The notes beneath the pieces were generated by a model, which was given only the letters and a program-made list of their open reading frames with translations, was not told the DNA's origin and made no database searches. Shown piece by piece: positions 37,719-48,261 of a DNA stretch of 64,000 bases. Position numbers and translations under genes: made by a program. Source of the stretch: an uncultured Actinomycetes bacterium (GTDB lineage: Bacteria > Actinomycetota > UBA4738 > HRBIN12); assembly GCA_963832225.1 (NCBI GenBank), contig CAWHTI010000013.1:8136-72135 (forward strand), given 5' to 3'. Each line of letters opens with the position of its first letter. Position 1 is the first letter of the stretch.

Positions 37719-38473
37719 TCTCGAGGGGGGTCGCGCTGCTGCCCGCCGGGATCCGGCGACGGCTCCGGGCCGCGAACCACCGGTGGCTCGTCGCCGTCGG
37801 ACGTCGCCGGCGCTCCTCCGTCCGCACTCCGGACATGGGTGAGCTGCGGCGGACGGAGCCCTTCAGCCGCCGCTGGGGCAACGACCGGGGGCGGGCGGTG
37901 GACCGCTTCTACATCGAGCGGTTCCTGCGATCGCACGCCTCGGACATCCGCGGACGGACGCTGGAGGTCGCGAACCGCGCGTACACGGACCGGTTCGGGA
38001 CCGGCGTCGAGGTCGCCGACGTCCTGCACGTGGAGGAGGGCAATCCGATGGCCACGATCGTCGGGGATCTCGCCGACGAGACGACGCTGCCCGCGGACGC
38101 CTTCGACTGCTTCATCCTCACGCAGACCCTGCAGTCGATCTACGACGTCCGCACCGCCGTGCGCACCGTGCATCGGATCCTCGCGCCGGGAGGCGTGGTG
38201 CTCGCCTCCGTGCCGGGGATCAGCCAGATCGTGCACCCCGACTACGAGATGTGGGGCGACTACTGGCGCTTCACGGCCCACGCCATGGAGCGGCTGTTCT
38301 CCGAGGCCGGGTTCGCTTCCGGTGATCTCGAGGTGCGGGTCCACGGCAACGTCCTGGCGGCGACCGCGTTCCTGTACGGCCTGGCCTCGCGCGAGCTCAC
38401 CCCGCAGGAGCTCGACGTGGATGACGGCGACAACTATCAGCTCGTGATCACGGTCCGCGGCGTCAAGCGGTGA
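37706..38473 (+). CDS. Class I SAM-dependent methyltransferase (glycan-associated type)
   Basis: DRGRAVDRFYIERFL, FDCFILTQTL, ILAPGG, DYWRFT motifs. Confidence 0.8.
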   Translation: MGDLISRGVALLPAGIRRRLRAANHRWLVAVGRRRRSSVRTPDMGELRRTEPFSRRWGNDRGRAVDRFYIERFLRSHASDIRGRTLEVANRAYTDRFGTGVEVADVLHVEEGNPMATIVGDLADETTLPADAFDCFILTQTLQSIYDVRTAVRTVHRILAPGGVVLASVPGISQIVHPDYEMWGDYWRFTAHAMERLFSEAGFASGDLEVRVHGNVLAATAFLYGLASRELTPQELDVDDGDNYQLVITVRGVKR

Positions 38474-38494
38474 GCGCTTCGTAGACTCGGTGCG

Positions 38495-41400
38495 ATGCGC
38501 ACCTGTCCCTCCTGCGGCGAACGCAATCCGTCACGGGCGAAGTTCTGCCTGAACTGCGGATCCCCCCTGGACGTGGGCGTGTCCGGGTCCGAGGAGCGCA
38601 AGCTCGTCACCGTCCTGTTCTCCGATCTCGTGGGCTTCACCGAGCGATCCGACCGGGCGGATCCCGAGGACGTGAAGGCGATGCTGCGGGTCTTCCACGC
38701 CCGGTTGAAGGACGAGATCGAGCACTACGGCGGGACCGTCGACAAGTTCATCGGGGACGCCGTGCTGGGTGTGTTCGGCGCGCCGGCCAGTCACGAGGAC
38801 GATCCCGAGCGGGCCATCTTCGCCGCCCTGCGGATCCAGGAGGCGATGGACGAGCTGAACGAGCAGCGACCCGGCCTGGAGCTCGCCGCCCGCATCGGGA
38901 TCACCACCGGGGAGGCGGTGGTCTCGTTCGGCGCCGGCCCCCAGATCGGCGAGAGCCTCACCGGCGACGTCGTGAACACCGCGTCGAGGCTCCAGAACGT
39001 TGCTCCGCCCGGCGGCATCGTGGTGGGAGAGCCGACCTATCGGGCGGCCGCGCATCAATTCGTGTTCGAGGAGCTCGAGCCGGTCCAGGTGAAGGGCAAG
39101 GCGGAGGCGCTGCGGATCTGGCGCCCGCTCCGATCGCGGAGCCGCATCGGCCTGGACGTCCGCGAGCGGCCGCGCACCGTGTTCGTCGGGCGTGGCGAGG
39201 AGGCGGCCCGCCTGCGCTCGATGTACCGCAGCGCCGTGCCGAGCGACGGCGAAGGCTCCGTCCAGCTCGTCACGATCGTGGGCGAGCCCGGCGTGGGCAA
39301 GACCCGTCTGGTGCAGGAGTTCGCGGTCTTCGTCGAGGAGCTGCCCGACCTCGTGCGCTGGCGCGTGGGGCGCAGCCTGCCGTTCGGCGAGGGGGTGAGC
39401 TACTGGGCCCTCGGCGACGTGGTGAAGGGCGAGGCCGGGATCCTGGACTCCGACGCCCCCGAGATCACGGAGGCGAAGCTCCACACCGCGCTCTCGTCCG
39501 TGATCGCGAGCGGCGAGGAGCGCGAGTGGATCCACGCCATGCTCACGCCGCTGCTCGGCATCGCCGAGACCGGAACGTCCACCGCGCGGGACGAGCAGTT
39601 CACGGCGTGGCGGTCGTTCCTGGAAGCCATGGCGATGGAGAACCCGCTGGTGCTGATCTTCGAGGATCTGCACTGGGCCGACGACAACATGCTGGACTTC
39701 ATCGAGGACTTCGTGCGCCGCGCCACCGGCCCGATCCTGGTCGTCTGCACGGCGCGGCCCGAGCTGGTGGCCAGACGCCCGTCCTGGGGCGCCGGGGTGC
39801 GCAACACCCAGACCATCCAGCTGCCGCCGCTCACGGACTCCGAGACCACGATCCTGCTGTCGGCGCTGCTGGACCGCGCCGTGCTCCCCGTGGAGACGCA
39901 GGCGATGCTCCTGGAACGCTCGGGGGGCAACCCCCTGTACGCCGAGGAGTTCGTGCAGATGCTCGCGGACCGGGGGGTGATCGATCGCCGGACGGGCGAT
40001 CGGGCGTACGGCACCACGTCGAACGCGGCGATCCCGGTCCCGGAGTCGCTGCAGGCGCTGATCGGCGCGCGGCTGGATGCCCTCCCGGCGGCCGACAAGG
40101 CGCTGATGCACGACGCGGCCGTGATCGGCAAGGTGTTCTGGTCCGGCGCCCTGGCCTCGCTCGCCGGCCTCGGCGAGGACGAGATCGTGGAACGCCTCGA
40201 CGACGTCACCCGGCGCGAGCTGGTCCGCCCCTCGCGCACCTCCTCCGTGGAAGGGCAGGCCGAGTACACGTTCTGGCACGGGCTGGTCCGCGACGTGGCC
40301 TACGGCCAGATCCCGCGTGCGTCGCGTGGCGCGAAGCACCTCGCCGTGGCCGAGTGGCTGGAGGCGACCGCCGGCGACCGCGTCTCCGACGTGGCCGAGG
40401 AGCTCGCCCACCACTACGGCGAGGCGCTGCGCTTGGCCCGGAGCATCGGGACCGGCCATCCCCCGGCGCAGCTCGAGCGCCTCACCGCGGAGTCCGCGCG
40501 CTACCTCCTGCTCGCGGGCGAGCGCGCCCTGCGGTTCGACGCCGCCAAGGCCGACGCGTATCACCGCCAGGCCCTCGAGCTGCTGCCCGCCGGCAGCTCC
40601 CTGCGCCCGCGGGTCCTGCGCCATGCCGCCGACACGGCGAGCATCCTCGGGCGGTTCGAGGAGTCCGAGCGACGATTCGCCGAGGCGATCGAGGGCTTCC
40701 GGTCCGCCGGCGACGATCTGGGCGCGGGCGAGGCCATGGGCATGCTGGCGCGGGCGAAGTCCAAGCGAGGCGACGTGGCCGGGGCGAAGCCGCTCTACGA
40801 GGAGGCGATCGAGCTGCTCGAAGCTCTGCCGCCCGGGCCCGAGCTCGCCCGCGTGTACAACCGCAAGGCGGGCCAGCTCCTCCTCGCCGGGGACTACGGC
40901 GCGTCGCGGAACTGGGCGGACAAGGCGCTCGACCTCGCGCGCGCGTCCGGGCTGGACGACGAGGTCGTGCGCGCGCTGCAGGAGCGCGGCGCGTCCCGCT
41001 GCGAGCTCGGCGAGGAGGCCGGCGGGTTCGAGGACCTGCGCGAGGCGCTGCGGCTCGGCCTCGCCGGGGGGATGGGCGAGGAGGTGGTGCTCACGTACGG
41101 CAACCTCGCCTACCAGCAGTGGTTCCGCGAGGGTCCCGCCACCGCGCTCGAGACGTGGGGGCAGATGGAGAGCTACTCCGAGCGACGCGGCTACCTCACG
41201 CACGCGATGTGGGCGAAGACCGGCCGGTGCGAATCGATGTTCGACCTCGGCGACTGGGACGAGGTCCTGGAGCTGGCGCAGCAGGTCGGCGACTGGGACG
41301 CGGAGCACGGCGAGTCCCAGGTCGGGACGTACGCCCGCTTCTTCCAGGCGTGGGTCCACGTCCGCCGGGGAGAGATGGAGCCGGCCGCGCGTCTGGCCCA

Positions 41401-41947
41401 GGAGCTGCTCCCCCGCGCGCAGCTGATCGAGTACGCCGAGTTCTACGCCCCCGCGCTGATGATCGCCGCGGAGATTGAACGCGCCCGGGGCGACCTCGCG
41501 GCGGCGTCGCGGCACGTGCACGAGTTCGCGGAGCTCACGGAGGACAACCCCGAGTACCGCGGCCTGTTCGTGCCGGTGGCCGTGCGGTTGCTGGTCGCCG
41601 TCGGCGACGTCGACGGGGCCGAGGGCCTGCTCCCTGACGCGTCCGAGATCCGGACGCGCCGCCACCGCCTCGCGTTCGACACGGCGCTGGCGGTGATCGC
41701 CGAGGCGCGTGGGGACGCCGGGGCCGCGGCCGCGTACCGCGAGGTCGCGTCGGCCTGGGGCGACTACGGGTTCCTGCTGGAGGAGGGGCTCACGCGGCTC
41801 GGCGAGGGGCGTTGCCTCGTCGCCGCGGGCGACCCCGGCGCCGGCGAGGTGCTGGCCGGGGCGCGGTCGGTGCTGTCGCGACTCGGGGCCCGGCCTCTGG
41901 TGGGAGAGGTCGACGCCCTCACCGGCGTCGCGGCCGCCGCGACCTGA
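38495..41947 (+). CDS. Zinc-ribbon / class III adenylate-guanylate cyclase / AAA ATPase / TPR protein
   Basis: CPSCG..CLNCG, VLFSDLVGFT, KFIGDAV, GDVVNTASR, GEPGVGKTRL, FEDLHWAD, TPR-like tail. Confidence 0.9.
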   Translation: MRTCPSCGERNPSRAKFCLNCGSPLDVGVSGSEERKLVTVLFSDLVGFTERSDRADPEDVKAMLRVFHARLKDEIEHYGGTVDKFIGDAVLGVFGAPASHEDDPERAIFAALRIQEAMDELNEQRPGLELAARIGITTGEAVVSFGAGPQIGESLTGDVVNTASRLQNVAPPGGIVVGEPTYRAAAHQFVFEELEPVQVKGKAEALRIWRPLRSRSRIGLDVRERPRTVFVGRGEEAARLRSMYRSAVPSDGEGSVQLVTIVGEPGVGKTRLVQEFAVFVEELPDLVRWRVGRSLPFGEGVSYWALGDVVKGEAGILDSDAPEITEAKLHTALSSVIASGEEREWIHAMLTPLLGIAETGTSTARDEQFTAWRSFLEAMAMENPLVLIFEDLHWADDNMLDFIEDFVRRATGPILVVCTARPELVARRPSWGAGVRNTQTIQLPPLTDSETTILLSALLDRAVLPVETQAMLLERSGGNPLYAEEFVQMLADRGVIDRRTGDRAYGTTSNAAIPVPESLQALIGARLDALPAADKALMHDAAVIGKVFWSGALASLAGLGEDEIVERLDDVTRRELVRPSRTSSVEGQAEYTFWHGLVRDVAYGQIPRASRGAKHLAVAEWLEATAGDRVSDVAEELAHHYGEALRLARSIGTGHPPAQLERLTAESARYLLLAGERALRFDAAKADAYHRQALELLPAGSSLRPRVLRHAADTASILGRFEESERRFAEAIEGFRSAGDDLGAGEAMGMLARAKSKRGDVAGAKPLYEEAIELLEALPPGPELARVYNRKAGQLLLAGDYGASRNWADKALDLARASGLDDEVVRALQERGASRCELGEEAGGFEDLREALRLGLAGGMGEEVVLTYGNLAYQQWFREGPATALETWGQMESYSERRGYLTHAMWAKTGRCESMFDLGDWDEVLELAQQVGDWDAEHGESQVGTYARFFQAWVHVRRGEMEPAARLAQELLPRAQLIEYAEFYAPALMIAAEIERARGDLAAASRHVHEFAELTEDNPEYRGLFVPVAVRLLVAVGDVDGAEGLLPDASEIRTRRHRLAFDTALAVIAEARGDAGAAAAYREVASAWGDYGFLLEEGLTRLGEGRCLVAAGDPGAGEVLAGARSVLSRLGARPLVGEVDALTGVAAAAT

Positions 41948-41981
41948 GCGCGCGGCCGAGGCCAAAGAACGCGGGGAGGGC

Positions 41982-42500
41982 TTACCCCGCCGAGCGCGGC
42001 GCCGAGAACGCCCGGAGATCCCGCAGGTGCGCCGAGATGTGATCGAACGGCGCCCCGTCGGTCCCCAGCACACCGCCGAGCAGGGCGCCGATCGGCCGGT
42101 CGGGCTCGCGCTCGTCGCGAGCCGCACGCTCCCACTCGCCGTCGTCGAAGTCCCGCAGGACCGCGACCAGCCGCCCGAGGACCTCGTCGAAGCGGGTCAG
42201 CTGCTCGTGCAGCGGCGTTCCGGACTTGCGGGCGACCTCGTCGGCGTTCAGCTCGTCGGTGCCGTCGACCGCGAACGTCGCCAGGATCGCGGGATCCTCG
42301 CCGGCCCGCCACTCCTCGACCGTGGCGAGCGCGATCTCCTCCCAGGTCGTGACGTGGCCGATGAGATCCATGGCCGACCACTCGCCACCGCCGATCGTGG
42401 CCGGCTCCTCGAGCTCCTCGGGCGAGATGCCGGCGAGCAGGGCATGCACCTGCCGGTGACCGCGGGCGAGCGTGTCGACGGCCTCCGCAGGGCTCAGCAT
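41982..42500 (-). CDS. DinB/maleylpyruvate-isomerase N-terminal-like four-helix protein
   Basis: GEWSAMDLIGHVTTWE and DHISAHLRDL motifs; C-terminal part of track ORF. Confidence 0.7.
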   Translation of the reverse strand: MLSPAEAVDTLARGHRQVHALLAGISPEELEEPATIGGGEWSAMDLIGHVTTWEEIALATVEEWRAGEDPAILATFAVDGTDELNADEVARKSGTPLHEQLTRFDEVLGRLVAVLRDFDDGEWERAARDEREPDRPIGALLGGVLGTDGAPFDHISAHLRDLRAFSAPRSAG

Positions 42501-42611
42501 CGCGCCGATGCTACCGAGCCGGCGGGCGCTCCGGAACCCCTTGTGGCATAGTCCCGCCGACCGGATCCGGCAGCCGGAACGCGACGGCGGAACGAAACCA
42601 GGAGGGACCGG

Positions 42612-43907
42612 ATGGCCCGAACGATCGCCTTCTTCCCCGAACCCGGAGCGTGGGGGCCCACCAACAACTGCGTCGCGATCGCCAACGTGCTCGCGGAGCG
42701 CGGCCACCGGGTGGTGTTCGTGGTGGACGAGTCGTTCGAGGGCGAGCTCGACAAGCGGGGATTCGAGGAGCGCCTCATGCGGATGGCGCCCCCCGAGGAG
42801 GACGCGGATCCCACGGCCGACCCGTGGGCCGAGTTCATCCGCGTCACGGCGCCCGAGTTCGCCAAGCCCACGATCGAGCAGATCGAGACCGTGACGAAGC
42901 CGATCTGGGAGGCGCTCGTGGCCGGCGAGCGCTTCTCGCACGACCGGCTCATGGAGATCTGGGACGACGTCGGGCCCGACGTCGTGTGCACGGACAACGT
43001 GACGGGGTACGCGGCCGTGGAGCTGGCGGGCGCGCCGTGGGTCCGCTTCGTCTCGGCGAACCCGCTCGAGATGCGCGACCCGGACCTGCCGCCCCCGCTG
43101 TCGGGGCTGCCGGTGCAGGACCGGAGCGAGTGGGACGCCTTCCGCGAGGAGTACCACCGCCAGCACCGGGACCTGCTGACCGAGCACAACGACTTCCGGA
43201 CGTCGGTCGGTGTGGCGCCGTGCCCGCCGGACGAGTTCAACACCGACTCGCCGTGGTGCAACATGTACCTCTTCCCCCGGATCGCGGACTACGACCGGTC
43301 GAGGCCGCTGGACCGCACGTGGCACCGGCTGAACTCCACGGTGCGCACGAGCGAGGCGGCGTTCGATGTGAACGAGCACGTGCCGGGCGACGGCAAGGTG
43401 GTCTATCTCTCGCTGGGCTCCCTCGGGTGCATGGACGTGGGTCTGATGCAGCGGCTGATCGACGCGATGGCCGAGACCGACCACCGGACGATCGTCTCCA
43501 TGGGGCCGCTGCAGGATCAGATGACGCTCGGCCCACGCATGTTCGGCGACCGGTTCCTTCCGCAGCCATCGATCTTGCCGCAGTGCGACCTGCTGATCAC
43601 CCACGGCGGCAACAACACGGTCTGCGAGGGGTTCCACTTCGGGTTGCCGATGATCGGGCTGCCGCTGTTCTGGGATCAGTACGACAACGCGCAGCGCCTG
43701 CGCGAGACCGGCTTCGGTGAACGCCTGCCGACGTACGGCTGGGAGCCGGCCGAGCTGATCGGCACGGTCGACCGGCTCCTGTCCGACGACGGGTTGCGGG
43801 CCCGGATGCGGACGAACGCCGAGGCGATCCGTTCCGACCCGGGCCACGTCCGCGGAGCGGACCTGATCGAGCGCGTCGCGGAGACCGGCGAGCCGGCGCC
43901 CGCGTAG
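42612..43907 (+). CDS. GT1 (UDP-glycosyltransferase / MGT-like) glycosyltransferase
   Basis: WGPTNN, LSLGSLG, FLPQPSILPQCDLLITHGGNNT..LPLFWDQYDNA (PSPG-like box). Confidence 0.85.
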   Translation: MARTIAFFPEPGAWGPTNNCVAIANVLAERGHRVVFVVDESFEGELDKRGFEERLMRMAPPEEDADPTADPWAEFIRVTAPEFAKPTIEQIETVTKPIWEALVAGERFSHDRLMEIWDDVGPDVVCTDNVTGYAAVELAGAPWVRFVSANPLEMRDPDLPPPLSGLPVQDRSEWDAFREEYHRQHRDLLTEHNDFRTSVGVAPCPPDEFNTDSPWCNMYLFPRIADYDRSRPLDRTWHRLNSTVRTSEAAFDVNEHVPGDGKVVYLSLGSLGCMDVGLMQRLIDAMAETDHRTIVSMGPLQDQMTLGPRMFGDRFLPQPSILPQCDLLITHGGNNTVCEGFHFGLPMIGLPLFWDQYDNAQRLRETGFGERLPTYGWEPAELIGTVDRLLSDDGLRARMRTNAEAIRSDPGHVRGADLIERVAETGEPAPA

Positions 43908-43932
43908 CGGGGGGTCGATCTATGATCGGCGG

Positions 43933-44418
43933 ATGCCGCTCACGCTGCGTCCGCTCGCGCCCGGCGATGCCCCCGCTTGCGACGGGATCGTCGCGAGCCT
44001 CCCCTACCATTTCGGGCTCGAGGAGGGCCGGCGCGACTGCGCGGCCGCCGTGCGATCGCAGCGCGGCATCGTCGCCGAGCGCGACGGAGCGGTCATCGGC
44101 TTCCTCACCGTGGAGCCGCGGTTCGACGACGCCGCCGAGATCACGTGGATGGCGGTCCGCGCGGACGAGCGGCGTGGCGGCGTCGGTCACGCGTTGATGG
44201 ATCGGCTGGTGGCCGATCTCGAGGGCGAGGGCCGCCGCGTGCTCCTGGTGCTGACGGTCTCGCCGAACGACCCGCCCGACGAGGTGGACGACGGGTACCA
44301 GGCCACGCGCGGGTTCTACGCGGCGAACGGCTTCGTCCTCGCGCGCGACTTCGCCGGGTACTGGGGCGACCACGACACCCCGGTGCTGATGGTGCGGGCG
44401 CTGCACCGACCGGGCTGA
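43933..44418 (+). CDS. GNAT acetyltransferase
   Basis: MAVRADERRGGVGHALM acetyl-CoA motif; TRGFYAANGF. Confidence 0.85.
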   Translation: MPLTLRPLAPGDAPACDGIVASLPYHFGLEEGRRDCAAAVRSQRGIVAERDGAVIGFLTVEPRFDDAAEITWMAVRADERRGGVGHALMDRLVADLEGEGRRVLLVLTVSPNDPPDEVDDGYQATRGFYAANGFVLARDFAGYWGDHDTPVLMVRALHRPG

Positions 44419-44429
44419 GCTGCCCAGGG

Positions 44430-44455
44430 GGGCTACCGCTTCGCTACGTGAGCCC
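44430..44455 (+). repeat. Single 26-bp REP-like element
   Basis: GGGCTACCGCTTCGCTACGTGAGCCC, 25/26 identical to the 8790 unit; just after the GNAT stop. Confidence 0.85.
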
Positions 44456-44589
44456 CAGGCAGGGCCCGCGACGCCGACCGGTCATGTCGGGCGGCGCCGG
44501 CGTCACCCGTTCGGGTCAAGTTTCCTCCCCCGTTCTGCCGATACCTCGTGCGTAGCCACGATCGCCGAGTACGAGGGGGAGACGACCGG

Positions 44590-46157
44590 ATGCCCGCACG
44601 GTCCACATCAGCGACGCCCACGCTGTCACGCCGCCAGATGTTGCGCACCACGGCGCTCGGCGCCGGCGTCGCCGTCGGCGGCACCGCGGTGTCGTCGCTG
44701 CTCGGCGCCGCGCCGGCACTCGCCGGCACCTCGCCGACCGACTTCGTCTCAGCCGACCTCGACCTGCACCTGCTGCGCCGCGCCACCTACGGCGCGACGC
44801 CGAACCTGCTGAGCCAGGTTCGCTCGGCGGGCCGCAACGCGTGGCTGGACCGGCAGCTCGCCCCGGCCTCGATCGACGACTCGTCCTGCGACGGGCTGAT
44901 CGCCGATCGCTATCCGCATCTGTCCTGGTCGATCGATCAGGCCTGGAACAACCTCGAGGGCGACTGGAGCCTGATGATGGAGCTCGGGTCAGGCGGCGAT
45001 CGCCCGCGCCGCCTGGAGCAAGCGGCAGCTGTTCGAGGTCATGGTGGACTTCTGGTCCAACCATCTCAACGTCACGAACCCGTTCGACGGCGGCTGGTGG
45101 TGCCGCCACGACTACGACAAGCGGGTGATCCGCAAGCACGCCCTCGGCCGCTACCACGACATGCTCGTGGCCTCCGCGACGCACCCGGCGATGATGCTGT
45201 ACCTCAACAACGCGGAGTCCACGAAGGACAACCCGAACGAGAACTACGGCCGGGAGCTCCTGGAGCTGCACACGGTCGGCGTGGACGGAGGCTACTCCGA
45301 GGAGGACATGCGCCAGTCCACGCTGGTGATGACGGGCTTCGGCATGGACTGGGACAACGGCCACTTCGTGTACGAGCCGTGGGCGCACTACACGGGCCCG
45401 GTGCAGGTCATGGGGTGGGACGCCGCGAACAACCGCGCGGGGAAGGGCTACGACGTCGGCCTGAGCTACCTCGCCTACCTCGCGCGTCACCCGTCGACGG
45501 CGCAGCGGATCGCCGCGAAGCTCTGCCAGCGGTTCGTGGCGGACGATCCGCCGCAGAGCCTGGTGGACAAGCTGGCGGCGACCTATCTGGCGCAGGACAC
45601 GGCGATCGTTCCGGTGCTGCGGAAGCTGTTCCGATCCCCCGAGTTCGCGGCCTCGCTCGGACGAGAAGATCCGCCGCCCGATGGAGGACACGGTCGCCAC
45701 GCTGCGGATCCTCGGCGTGAAGCCCGACGTCGACGGCACGAACGGGATCCAGGGCCTCTACTGGATGATCCAGGACCTGGCCCACGCGCCGATGGCGTGG
45801 TCCCCGCCGAACGGCTACCCGGACGAGGCCGACGCGTGGCGGTCGGCCGCGGGCACGCTCGGACGGTGGAACATGCACATGTCGATCGCAGCGCACTGGT
45901 GGCCCGACGACCTCGTGCGGCCGCCGCTGAAGGACCTGCTACCGGCCACCAATCCGAAGACCCACGGCGACCTCGCGGACGCGCTGTCCAAGCGGCTCGT
46001 GTTCCGCACGATGTCCTCGGCGCACCGCGACGCCGTGCTGGGCTTCCTGGGGAGGTCCGCGGGCGATCCCGTCAACCGCGACAGCGAGGCGCTGGGGTGG
46101 CGGCTGCCCTACCTGGTGGCCCTGATCCTCGACTCGCCCTACCACGAGGTCAGGTGA
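44590..46157 (+). CDS. DUF1800 family protein, Tat signal (frameshifts ~44990 and ~45660)
   Basis: SRRQML Tat motif, HLLRRATYG, FWSNHL, PAMMLYLNN, NENYGRELLELHTVG motifs. Confidence 0.85.
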
Positions 46158-47476
46158 TGAAGCACATGACGAAGCAGACCGTTCCCGCCGCTGCCGCAAC
46201 GAAGCCGTGCGGCTGCCCCGAATTGCAGAGCGCCATGTCGCGCCGCTCGTTCCTCAAGCGGACGGCCGGCGCCGGCCTCGTGGCCGGCATCGCGTCGCAG
46301 GGCATGTTCACGCGGATGGCGTTCGCCGGCGCGCCCTACGACGGCGACGTGCTGGTGATCCTGTCGCTGCGCGGCGGGATGGACGGGCTGAACGCGATCG
46401 TGCCGGTCGCCGATCCCGACTATCCGCTGTGGCGGCCGAACGTGGGCATCCCGGTGAACCACCCGGGGCTGTATCAGCTCGACTCGACGTTCGGGATGCA
46501 TCCGGCGATGGCGTCGTTGCAGCCGTTCTGGGAGAGCGGCGCATTCGGCGTCGTGCAGGCCGTGGGCATGGCCCAGCCGAACCGATCGCACTTCCAGGCG
46601 ATGGAGGAGATGGAGCGGGCCGCGCCCGGCACCTCCGTCCGCACCGGCTGGATCGACCGGGTGCTCGGTCTTCGCGACACGGGCACCGCGTTCCAGGGCG
46701 TGCAGATGGGCTCGAGCCTGGCGGCGTCGGCGTTCCTGGGGAACTCGCAGGAGCTGGCGATGTGGAGCGTGGACTCGTTCGGCCTGGACGCCGCCGGCGA
46801 CGACGAGAACGAGCGCGCCCGGTGGGACGGCGCCCTGCGCGCCCTGCACACGGGCGCGCCCGACGTCCTGGCGGCGCCGACCTCGACCACGCTGGACGCG
46901 CTGCAGACCACGGCGTCCCTGCGCGCGGCCGGGTACGTCCCGGAACACGGCGCCGTCTACCCGTCCGACTCGGGCCTGGGCGACGCCCTGCAGGACGTGG
47001 CGCGCCTGATCAAGGCCGACGTGGGCCTGCAGGTGGCGGCGATCGACTACGGCGACTGGGACATGCACTCGGACATGGGCACGGTCGACGGCGGATGGAT
47101 GGTGGATCACCTCACCGAGCTGTCCGGCGCGATGGCCGCGTTCGCCACCGACCTCGGCCCGGCCCTGACCGACGTGTCGCTCGTCTCGCTGACCGAGTTC
47201 GGCCGCCGCGTGGAGGAGAACGGCTCCGGTGGTGTCGACCACGGCTTCGGCCAGTCGGTGCTGATGCTCGGCGGCGGCCTCAAGGGCGGCCAGGTCCACG
47301 GTGAGTGGCCGGGTCTGGCGGAGGACGACCTGGTCGACGGCGATGTGGACGGCGTCAACGACTACCGGTGGGTGCTGGCCGAGGTGCTGGAGAAGCGCTG
47401 CCGCGCAAGCTCGGTGTCCACGATCTTCCCCGGTGTGGGCTCGGAGCGGCTCGGCCTGGCGAACGTCAAGCCGTAG
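46157..47476 (+). CDS. DUF1501 family protein, Tat signal
   Basis: MSRRSFLK, LRGGMDGL, RSHFQA, GDWDMH, TEFGRR, GVDHG motifs; ATGA overlap with DUF1800. Confidence 0.85.
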   Translation: MKHMTKQTVPAAAATKPCGCPELQSAMSRRSFLKRTAGAGLVAGIASQGMFTRMAFAGAPYDGDVLVILSLRGGMDGLNAIVPVADPDYPLWRPNVGIPVNHPGLYQLDSTFGMHPAMASLQPFWESGAFGVVQAVGMAQPNRSHFQAMEEMERAAPGTSVRTGWIDRVLGLRDTGTAFQGVQMGSSLAASAFLGNSQELAMWSVDSFGLDAAGDDENERARWDGALRALHTGAPDVLAAPTSTTLDALQTTASLRAAGYVPEHGAVYPSDSGLGDALQDVARLIKADVGLQVAAIDYGDWDMHSDMGTVDGGWMVDHLTELSGAMAAFATDLGPALTDVSLVSLTEFGRRVEENGSGGVDHGFGQSVLMLGGGLKGGQVHGEWPGLAEDDLVDGDVDGVNDYRWVLAEVLEKRCRASSVSTIFPGVGSERLGLANVKP

Positions 47477-47532
47477 CGACGGCGGAACCTCCCGTCGCGA
47501 CCGCCGGTCGATGCGGCATGATGTCGGGGCAT

Positions 47533-48261
47533 ATGCGCGTGTCCCCCCTGCTCCTCGCGCTGGTTCTGATCGGGTGCTCGGCTGCCCCACCGGCCGAGCC
47601 CCGTCTCCAGCCTGCGCCCTCGCCGCCGATCCCCGTGGAACGGGCGCAGCGCTCGCCGACCGCGATGGACGTCGCGTCGCCGCTGCCCCGCTGGGGGGTC
47701 GAGCGCATCGACGCCGAGCTGCGCGACCGGCTGGTGGGGCGCAACTGGCAGCCGGGGTGCCCGGTGGCGCTCGGCGACCTCCGTCTGGTGACGGTCCGCT
47801 ACCTCGGCTTCGACGGGCGAACGCACGCCGGGCCGCTCGTCCTCAACGCGCAGGTGGCCGACGACGTGCTCTGGGTGTTCCGGCGGCTGTTCCGCCACGA
47901 GTTCCCGATCAAGCGGGTGGCGCTCGCCAGGAAGTGGCATCCCGTCACCCGGCGTGACTGGTTCGACACGCGCAGCGTCACCGCCTCGTTCAACTGCCGT
48001 CCGGTCACCAACGGCACCAGCTATTCGGAGCACGCCTACGGCTGGGCGGTCGACATCAACCCGCTGCAGAATCCGTACGTGAACGCCGACGGGGTGCTGC
48101 GCAAGGCCGCCCGTGCGTTCGTGGATCGCACGCAGGACGTCCCGGGGATGATCCATCCTGGTGACGTCGTGGTGCGATCCTTCGCGCGGATCGGCTGGGA
48201 GTGGGGCGGCGACTGGCAGAGCCTGAAGGACTACCAGCACTTCTCGCTCACCGGTCGGTAG
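47533..48261 (+). CDS. M15 family peptidoglycan metallopeptidase, probable lipoprotein
   Basis: Lipobox LIGC; FNCR, SEHAYGWAVDINP, WGGDW..DYQHF. Confidence 0.85.
   Translation: MRVSPLLLALVLIGCSAAPPAEPRLQPAPSPPIPVERAQRSPTAMDVASPLPRWGVERIDAELRDRLVGRNWQPGCPVALGDLRLVTVRYLGFDGRTHAGPLVLNAQVADDVLWVFRRLFRHEFPIKRVALARKWHPVTRRDWFDTRSVTASFNCRPVTNGTSYSEHAYGWAVDINPLQNPYVNADGVLRKAARAFVDRTQDVPGMIHPGDVVVRSFARIGWEWGGDWQSLKDYQHFSLTGR

Noticed and set aside
35356-42127. Very long antisense ORFs (841 aa, 1198 aa and similar throughout)
   Set aside because: Arg/Pro/Gly-rich shadows of real genes, expected from the scarcity of stop codons at high GC.
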